A stretch of DNA of 57,267 nt, counting the filler, from Jimgerdemannia flammicorona (Eukaryota): assembly GCA_003990765.1 (NCBI GenBank). It is 3 parts of 3 records of this genome, joined end to end, with 100 filler letters (N's around TTAATTAATTAA, not from the genome) between each part and the next. Parts side by side here need not be neighbours in the genome. Positions count along the whole stretch, not along the records: positions 38,247 to 57,267 come from RBNJ01002049.1; 2 more parts are not named here. The stretch is one strand, 5' to 3'. The translations under genes and the position numbers were made by a program. Shown here piece by piece: positions 48,631-57,267 of this stretch (position 1 is the stretch's first letter; every line of letters starts with the position of its first letter). The notes beneath the pieces were generated by a model. That model was given only the letters and a program-made list of their open reading frames with translations. It was not told where the DNA came from and did not search any database.

Positions 48631-51600
48631 ATGAACAGTACAACCAACATTTTCTCCTTGAATGTGAATGGGTTAAGGGGCTCTGGGCAGCGTAGGAACA
48701 TTTTTACTTGGCTCAAGAGATTGGAGGCTGATCTCTTTTTATTGCAGGATGTTCGGTGTGAGGATGAGGATGATTGGGTAGAGTGGACTAGGGAATGGGG
48801 GGGGGCTGCTGCTTGGTTTGGAAAGGTAGCGATTCTGGTGAGGAAGGGCAGAGGAGACTTGGGGGGAATCAGGAGCTGGAGTGATCGCTTGGTCTGGGGA
48901 GATTGGCATCAGCTAGGGTGGGAATCGGTGAAGGTGGGCTCTTGCTACTGTCCTGCGGCTAGGGGTAAGAGGATTGCATGGATTAGGGGGTTGCTGGAGG
49001 AGGGTATCCTCTTGGAGGAAGGGGTCAATGTTCTTGGTGGGGACTTTAATATGGTTTGGGATCAGTGTCTGGACAGGACTGATAGAGGGAGGAGTGCCGG
49101 GGGGAGAAGTGGAGGTCTGGATATATGGGAGGAGGTGGAGATGTTGAGCTCCTTGGGGGATATGGGCAGAACAAGGTGGGGTGATACCAGAGTCTACATG
49201 CATTGGGTGAATGGCTTGGGCACAAGGATTGACTGGATTCTGATGGTGGAGTATTGGGGTTCAGATGTTTGGAAGGCATTGGAAGTGGAGTGGTGCCCAT
49301 GGTCTGATCACTGGAGACTGTTGGGGCAGGGGCAGTTTGGGGGGAGTGGAGATGGATCTGGACATTGGTACCTTAACTCCTCCCTGCTGGCTGAGAAGGG
49401 ACTGTGGGAACCATGGGTGGAGGACATTCAGGCAAAAGTTTTTATCTGGAAGTATGAGGGTTTGCCTGTGGCTGTCCGCTAGATGAGATTGAAAGAGGCT
49501 GCAAGGGTTTATTGGGGAGGGGCTGGTAGAGAGGCTGGGAGGCAGAGAAGGAGGTGCATGAGGTGTGCTTCCAGCAGGCTGAGGAGACTACAACTAGATT
49601 GGGCGGATTTGCTCACTGTTGTAGGGGTGGAGGATTGGAGGATAGAGAGGGCGAAATTGGAGATAGTGGAACTACAACAGGTGCTGAGAGAAGAGGAGGA
49701 GACCCATATGCAGGGCATGGCTGCTAGGCTGCAGTGGCAGGGGCTTGAGGAAGATGAGCGGCCTACTAGGTACTTATCGAGACTTCTCAAAGCTAGGAGA
49801 GTGCATCATTGGTGGGACAGAGTCCTGGATGCTGATGGGGACATGGTTCATGGTATGCAACAAATCTTGGGGGTCTTGAAGGAGAGATGGCAGGGCTTGT
49901 GGAGTGAGGGAGAAGAGGGTGCAGATGAGGCAGAGATTGCGAATACACTAGATGAGTGGGGGCCACCACAGATTGCTGGACTGGGGGACTTGATCTTACC
50001 AGTACAGGGAGAGGAGATCCAGAGTGTCCTGGCAGCAACTAAGCTTGGGACGGCACCAGGGGAGGATGGATTGCTATGGGACTTCTGGAAGAAGATGGTA
50101 AACATCCCTGGAGTTTTGGGCGAGATGGCTGCTCTTTGTGACCATGTCCTTCAGAGTGGTGAGTGGGTTGGAGAGCAGGATCTGGGGCTGGTGGTCTTAC
50201 TGTACAAAGACAAGGGAAGGAGGGAAGACTGGAAGAACTGGAGGCTGATCATGCTTCTGGATATGGACAGAAAGATGGTGACTAAGGTGATTGTCGTGAG
50301 GCTGCAGAAAGTTGCCCAACAGGTGCTGGAGGAAGAGCAGAGGGGCTTTATTGGGAGCAGGCTAATAAGAGATGGGACTGCATGGGTTAATGATGTCATT
50401 GAAGGGGTCTGGGCCTGTGGACTGGATGGAAGATTGGTCTTTCTGGACCAGGAGAAGGCCTACGACCATGTACAGTGGGTGTGGCTGGGAAAGATGTTGG
50501 ACCGAATTGGGGTTCCCCCAACATTTAGAGCCTCAATGTTGAGTTTGCTGGAAAGTAGTTGGGCAGCTCTGACATGTAATAGTCACCATGAGAGGGCATT
50601 TCCCTTGGGAAGAGAAGTACCTCAGGGGGACCCTCTATCTCCGATTTTCTATGCTCTTTCACTGGAGCCATTGATGGATAGGATTCGCCAGAAGGTAGCA
50701 GAGCTCTCTATATATGGTATAGTGTGGAAGGTGGGGGCCTTTACTGATGATATGGTGGTTGGACTTGAGTCTGTGGCAGATGTAGAGGCACTTCAGAAGA
50801 CTGTGGAATGATATGAGGCTCACTCGGGGGCGAAACTCAACTAGCATAAGTGTGAGACAATGATGCTAGGGAATGGGCTAGTGGGTAGGGACATCATTGG
50901 AACAATTGTCCCTACTGGTGAGGTGGTGTGGTATCTGGGCATCTTCCTCTCTGTATATGGTTCTGTCTTGCCATGAGTGTGGTGGGAGAGCAGGGTGAAT
51001 AGTTGGGGGGAGGCCCTTCATGGTTGGGGAGGCCACCATATCTCTCTAGCAGGGTGGGTGTCAATCCTGAATGTATATTGGTTCCCAAAGCTGTGATATG
51101 TGGCATATCACCTCGACTTCTCAGTGTGGGTGGTAAAGAAGCTGACGAAGGTGGCTAGGGATTGGATTTGGGCAGGGAGGAGGTCCCAGGTCAGTTGGGA
51201 TACTTTTGTGAGACCAGTAGTCAGGGGAGATCTTGGCCTGGTGGATTTCCCTAAGAGGCTGCACTGCTTGAGAGCCTGGTGGTTGAAGAGAACTGTGGAA
51301 TTACAGGGTGGTGGTTGGGTGCCTCTGCTGCAGAAGGTATGGGAGATATGAATGTCACCTCGAGGGTCCTCTGGAGATCTGCTCTCTTTGGTGGGACTGA
51401 ATGGAATTCGGAGACTGCGGTTCAAGAGCTTTTGGTGGGGAGTGGCTGATGGAGCACACCAAATTGGCTTACACTGGCAGGGTAATGAGGGGGAGGCAGC
51501 ATGGGGGCCTAATATGTGGCTTTGGGATAGGCTGCTCCTGGGGGGTACTCCACTGGCTGCATTCAATATTAGGGAGGGAGTGGAGTATCAGCAGGGGCTT

Positions 51601-52290
51601 GGCCAGGATCTTTGGCTGAGTGGCTGGCAGGCAGTTGGAATTGGAGAGGAGTGGGACTGGGCAGGCATCTGGTCTTGGAGTGCAGAGGTATGGAGGTGGC
51701 TTCCTTCCAAGTTCTGGGTGGTATGGTGGAGAATGTTGTGGAGGAATGTCATGCTGAATTTCTGCTCAGGGCATTTAGTAGAGGGTGGACAATTTGACTG
51801 TGAGGAGTGTTATGATGTTGGGCAAGCTGGGGGTCATGTACAGATGCCAGAACATTGGCTGGGAGGGTGTGAGGTTTTGGGGGAATTTTGGGCTGAGATA
51901 GGGGATAGACTGGGTGTGGGGTGCCGGCTGGTGGGAGAGGGGGATTGCTGAGAGGACTTAAGATCTCAGCTTGTGGGTGGGGTGGGTGATAGTAGTATGG
52001 GTGGGACTGGTGGGACATTGGCTTTTTGTATTTGAGGAGGGGCAGCAGTTAGGGCTGTGAGAGAAGGTGTTAAGGTGGGAGGAGTTGGTGGGGGATCTGC
52101 TGACTGGATGGTGGGTGGGTTGGGGTCTACAGGGGGGATGATATTGCGGTTTGGTGGTAAAGATCTGTGAGCAGAGTGGTGGGAGGGTGGGGATAGTGTT
52201 CGACAAAGTGGTCTTTCATAGAGAAGGGGTAGGAGGGGGGAGCCCCCCTAGGGGGATTGGATAGGGGGTGGAATCACTGTAATTATATAG
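48631..52290 (+). pseudogene. LINE ORF2 (APE + RT + C-terminal CxxC..H..C), disrupted by stops
   Basis: 48601-49482 EN, 49483-50811 RT, 51352-51951 with CEEC...EHWLGGC; 3' end approximate. Confidence 0.9.
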
Positions 52291-52354
52291 GATAGATGGG
52301 AATTAATAAAGGAAAAGAGTCCAAGCAACTATAAAAAAAAAAAAAAAAAAAAAA

Positions 52355-52706
52355 TGATTTGGTGGACCTTCTTGGCAAGTCTTTGCTTGTGTCTATCCAG
52401 GTGGGTCCAATCAGAGACTTGGTCCATAGGCAGGTCCTTTGCCTGTTGGAGGAGTTGATGGCCAATCTCATATTAATGCCAGATATCTAGGCGGCTGGTG
52501 GCAAGGTAGGCTCTTTCAATGACTTTATGGTGGTTGAGAACATAATGTCCTAGGTCCTGGCTAGAGAGGTTAAGGGCCTCTGAGCGGCAGTTCCTTCCTT
52601 AGATAGCAATCTGGATGTGTCCAAAGAGGTAGTCAACCTGCCTTGGGAGGGGCTGGCTATGGTGGGCAGTTTGGTAGCAGGTAGCTTGGCTATGGATAGT
52701 AGGCAT
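52355..52706 (-). pseudogene. Family 2 accessory ORF, N-terminal part
   Basis: Manual translation MPTIHSQ...YEIGHQLL...LAKKVHQI, two TAA stops. Confidence 0.68.
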
Positions 52707-53350
52707 TCTTGTCTTATCTTTTCTTTGTAAGGAGAGGGGGATGAGATTTGCAGGGTATTCTTGCCTTGGGTATTTATACTTATTCACCCATCTGGTGTGA
52801 CCTTCTTTTAGTCACACTTTCTTGCCAAATGTGTGACCTGTTGCTATAAGCAGGGCATGTGCTGGTCATATGAGAAAATCCTGATTTCAAAGATATTATT
52901 ACTTATAGTTGTAGTTACACAGGGTTAACAGGTCTTGGTCCACTTTTTTTTTGTCTGGTTGGCACATTTGTGAGGACTGGCCATCTTTGTCTAGGGTGAG
53001 GGCTCCTATTATCATGGCTGGGGGTTTGAACCTCTTGGAAATAGACTTTCTTGTAATCTGAGAAAATTTCTAGTAATAATATCTGTCACATAGATGGACT
53101 TAGACTGGTTTCGATACTGTCAGCTTTCCTAAGTTCCATATGAAGTATCTGTCATCATCCAGTAGAGATGATACAGATGGCATGAAATAGAGTTGTTCAA
53201 ATATATTTTGCTGTAATATGCTAGACTGTCCTTTACTCAGGCCTCTTCTTGTTGGTTATCTATAGTGTTTCTTTTTTTCCACAATGTTTGGTATTATATA
53301 TTTCTAGATAAAATATGTAGTCTTCTTTTGTTCACTATGTGTTCTAAATC

Positions 53351-56300
53351 TCAGAGCTGCAAGTTCTTCCTTTGCTGTGAAGTAAGTATTTCTATGTAGT
53401 TCTGGAGGGCTTCATGTGTATTCTTCCGAGCTTCTTCTTTTTCCCAGGTGGCATCATGGGTAGGGTAATCCTTCTACTTAATCAGGAAAAACTGCTTGAC
53501 TGTTTTGGGATATTTGCAGACCTTATGGTCAAGAACTTCCTCAATTTCAAATTCCTCATGATCATTGATCCTAATTGGGGGTGGTAGTGGAACTGTATGC
53601 TTAGGGAATGAGTTCTCATGGTAATCCACCAATTGGCTGATATAGAATACTGGGTGTACTCGGATATTGTGAGGGAGTTGCAACTTATAGTTGACTTTAC
53701 TGATTTTTTCCACAATCTTGTATGGTCCAATTCTTCTAGCATGAAGTTTTTTAGCTGGTTGTTATGCCAGAATATCAGGGTGGAGGTGGTCTGTTCTAAG
53801 CATGACTCTGTCACCAATGTTATAGGAGACTTCTCTTTACTTCAAGTTTGCATACTTGGTTTGGTAGTCTTATACTTCTATGAGGGCATCTCTTGTTATT
53901 TGCATAAGATCAGAAATGGTCTCAGCCAGATCTTGGGCTAGTGGGACTGCTGATTTTATAGTAGTGCTTAGGGTCCTTGGGTATTGACCATGGTTCAAGA
54001 AGAATGGAGTCTTCTTCATGGAGGTTTGCTGACTGTTGTTGTAGACAAACTTGGCATGGGCTAGGTACTTGTCTCAATTATTTTGCTTGTAACAGCAGAA
54101 GATGCTAAGCATCTATTTGAGAGTCCTGTTGGTTTGCTCAGTTTAGCCATCAGTCTGAGGATGGTAGGTAGTAGAGAACTTCAGCTTAGTTCCATGGAGA
54201 GAGAAAAATGCCTTTCAGAAGTTACTTGTGAACTTGGCATCTCAGTCAGATACAATAGTACTAGGCATGCCATGTAGTCTGAATACTTGATTGAGGAAAA
54301 TCTCGGCAATCTCTGGTACTGTAGTGGTGGTCTTAGTGGGTGCAAAGTGGGCTTATTTGCTTAGGCAGTCTACAAATACCACTATGGCATCCCATCCTGC
54401 CTTGGTCTTGGGGAGTTGGACAATGAAGTCCATTGCAATCTGATCCCAGTTGTGACTTGGGATAGGTAGTGGTTATAGAAGTCCTGCTGGTAGCTTGTTA
54501 CCACTTTTGAACCTTTGGTATATCTCACAAGAAGTTACAAAGTCTTTGATGTCCTTGGTCATCTTTGGCCAGTAGAACTCTCTTGAGAGGAGGTTGTAGG
54601 TCTTTTCAAAACCAAAGTGTCCTGCTGTAGGAGTATCATGAAGTTTCTGCATAATCTTGAGTCGCAGAGTATCATTGTTGGGTACAATGGTCCCTATAGA
54701 TAAGTCCATCATGGTAAGTGAATCTCTTGGCCATTTGCCTCAAGGGTTCTGAGATCTCAGCCTCTGGGTCTTGGCAGAATTGAAGGAATTTCGTCAGGGG
54801 GCTGTCTTGCTGATAGCTATCCTTGATTATTTGAGTAAGGTCTCTAATTACCTTGACTATGAAGACAAGTTCATCTTCCATGTATCTGGAGAAACCATCA
54901 GCCACATAGTTTGTTTTGCCTGGGATATACTTGATTTCTATATCAAAGTTGGCAATGATTTCCATCCAGCAGACTTGTCTGTGGGTCAGCATGGGCTGTG
55001 TGTGAATATACTGTAGGGCATGGTGATCAGTGTAGGCCACAAATAGTTGTTCTAGGAGGAAATGGTGCTATTCCTGGAGTGCAGTAATAATGGCCAGAAG
55101 TTCCTTCTCATGAGTAGTATACTGGGTCTCAGCTGGCTTGAGCTTTTGGGAAAGATAGGCCACTGGGCGGTCTTCTTGGCTGAACACTGCTCCAATAGCA
55201 ATATCAGAGGTATCTGTGGTCAGAGTGAATGGCCTGGTAGGGCCAGGTGCAATTAGTACCAGGGCCTTAGTAAGGAGTCTCTTGAGATGGTCCATAGCCT
55301 GAGTGTATTCCAGGGTCTATTCAGTTTTGATGTTCACTTCCTTGTGGACCAGGCTAGTCAATGGAGCTGCAATAGCAGAGTATCCTTGGATAAACCTTCA
55401 GTAATAATCAGCAATACCCAGAAAGCACTGGAGTAGCTTGAGGGTAGTAGGGATAGGAATATTCTTAAGGGCTGATACCTTTCGGGGGTCTACATTGATA
55501 CCTTCAGCAGAGATAATATGTTCTAGATATTCAATCTGGTCTTAATAGAACTTGCATTTGCTCATCTTGATATAGAGCTGGTGTTCTCACAGAAGGATCA
55601 GTACTTGTCTGAGATGGGTATAGTATAGCTCTACTATTTCACTGTAGATTAGGATATCATCAATATATACAAGGACACAGATGTTGAGAAGTTGTCCAAA
55701 GATGTCATTCATCAGATACTGGAATGTTGCTGGTATATTGGTCAAACTAAAAGGCATGACTTGGAACTGATAGTGTCCAAACCATGTTCAGAAAGCTGTC
55801 TTCTCAATGTCCTTTTCATTAATGAGAATCTGGTGGTAGCCATTTCACAAGTCTAGTAGAGAAAAGGTCTTGACCTTGAAGATTTGGTGTAGCAACTCAT
55901 CAAACCTAGGTAAGACATACCAGTTCTTGATGGTGATCTTGTTGAGGGCTCTGTAGTCAATACACATTCACAGAGAGCCATCCTTCTTCTTGACAAATAG
56001 AATAGGGGCTCCAAATGGAGAGTGACTGGGTTCAATATATCCTTGGGTCAGTAATTTGGTCAACTCATCCTTGAGGGTCTTGAGTTCAGGTTGGACCAGT
56101 TGGTAGATACTTTTGTATAGGGGTTCAGATCCTGAAATAAGATCAATTCCATGTTGGATTTGGTGCTTAGGTGGAAGTCCTTGAGAGTCTTGGAATACAT
56201 CTTGGAATTTTTCAAATAGTTCTTGAGCTTCTGTTGGAATTGGGCTACTTGTAGCTTCAGTAACTTCTTGTACTATACAGATGAAGTAGGTGTTTCCCTT

Positions 56301-57233
56301 TTTTCGAGAGAGTCTCTTCATTTAAATGGCAGAGATGATTTCGATTCCCTGATAGTTGGTATCTTCCTGGAGTGTCAGAGTGATCTTTCTGCCTTCATGG
56401 GTCAGGTTAACCTCATTGGTTCTCCAGTTGATGTCTGGGTTGTACTGGGTCAACCAAGCTTTTCCTAGGATAATGTTTTATCCTGAGAGATCTATAATGC
56501 TGAAGTTCAACTTCTCTTGATATTTGTCAATCTTGAGCAAGAGATCCTCACAGATCTTGGTCAATGGTACAGTCTTGCAATCACCAAAGATACAATTCTT
56601 TTCTCAGTGGTGAGTCTGCTTCAGGCTTCAATTTTCTTGGCAGTCTTGGTACTGATATAGTTTCCAGTAGTATCACTATCAAGCAAGATATTGTCATTCT
56701 TTCTGTAGACTTGGCCTGTGAACTTGATGCAACTGTCCTCCTTCTTGATGGTATTGAGCTCTTCATCTTCATTGTTGTCCCAATTGCTGTCAGTCTCCTC
56801 GAAGTCAGTTTCTCTCCATTCTTCATAAGGAGGGTTGTCTTGTTTGGATTCCTCAGTCTGTTGAGCTTGGCATTTCTCAGAAAACTTTGGAGAGGCATGC
56901 ATGGTATTCACTAACATGTTCTATACAGTATATTTGAATCGAATGAGGGCATCATCCATATGGTGCATAATCATCTACAATTCTCTTATACCAGTTTTCA
57001 TCATCTTTCTTCATAGTAGTAACCTTTTGACTAGGAGGTTTGTTGGTAGATTCAAACCCTTTCTTGCCATGGTCTGTCTGGGAGAGTTCAGGGACTTCTT
57101 CAATAGTGAGATCTTGATGGATTTCTTCAATGATTGCTTGGGCAATTCTTTGGCCTGTTTTGACTTCAAATGATATATCTCCAAAATTTCACAAGATAAC
57201 ACAGATTTCACCAGTAAATCCTTGATCAACTAC

Positions 57234-57238
<5 letters not shown>
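53351..57238 (-). pseudogene. pol: Family 2 pol: dUTPase C-half, protease, RT, RNase H, integrase, chromodomain
   Basis: GVVDQGFTGEI, LLDS, SPFGAPILFVKKKDG, TDTSD..EKELLA, HDTPTAGH..C, EEFEIEEVLDH..HDATWE. Confidence 0.9.

Positions 57239-57267
<29 letters not shown>
57239..57267 (-). repeat. Poly(A) tail of a minus-strand LINE (contig end)
   Basis: T-run next to a 31-bp sequence also found at 41136-41166. Confidence 0.7.

Larger units (their letters stand above)
46482..52354 (+). mobile_element. Full-length L1/Tx1-like LINE with poly(A) and 15-bp TSD
   Basis: TSD T(A/G)ATTTGGTGGACCT at 46467-46481 and 52355-52369; AATAAA 52305; poly(A) 52333-52354. Confidence 0.95.
45181..57238 (-). mobile_element. 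Ty3/gypsy chromovirus family 2, 3' part (dUT C-half, pol, accessory ORF, PPT, 3' LTR), interrupted by a LINE
   Basis: pol 53351-57238; PPT AAGGTGGGAAGGA 45965-45977; LTR 45181-45964. Confidence 0.88.

Noticed and set aside
1..57267. CRISPR arrays, tRNA/rRNA genes, host protein genes
   Set aside because: None seen; essentially all sequence is explained by retroelements.

Overview
Repeat-saturated eukaryotic DNA, probably fungal (inferred from the element types), with no host genes. Three contigs of 19,024, 19,022 and 19,021 bp are joined by artificial N-gap/TTAATTAATTAA linkers. Three retroelement classes are present. (1) Many L1/Tx1-like LINEs with a G-rich sense strand; one is full-length at 46482-52354 with poly(A) and a 15-bp TSD. 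(2) An 8.3-kb head-to-head palindrome of two endonuclease-less Penelope-like elements (8644-16910). It is centred on a 181-bp cassette with 15-bp inverted termini and flanked by a 1,461-bp direct duplication of the LINE it sits in. (3) Two related Ty3/gypsy chromovirus families with gag-dUTPase-PR-RT-RH-IN-chromodomain order. Both carry a homologous, unrecognised accessory ORF downstream of pol (inside the 2-kb LTR in family 1, just before the PPT in family 2) and share a conserved unknown Gag N-terminal domain. Nearly all ORFs are broken by C>T/G>A stop codons. All alignments were done by eye; no searches were run.
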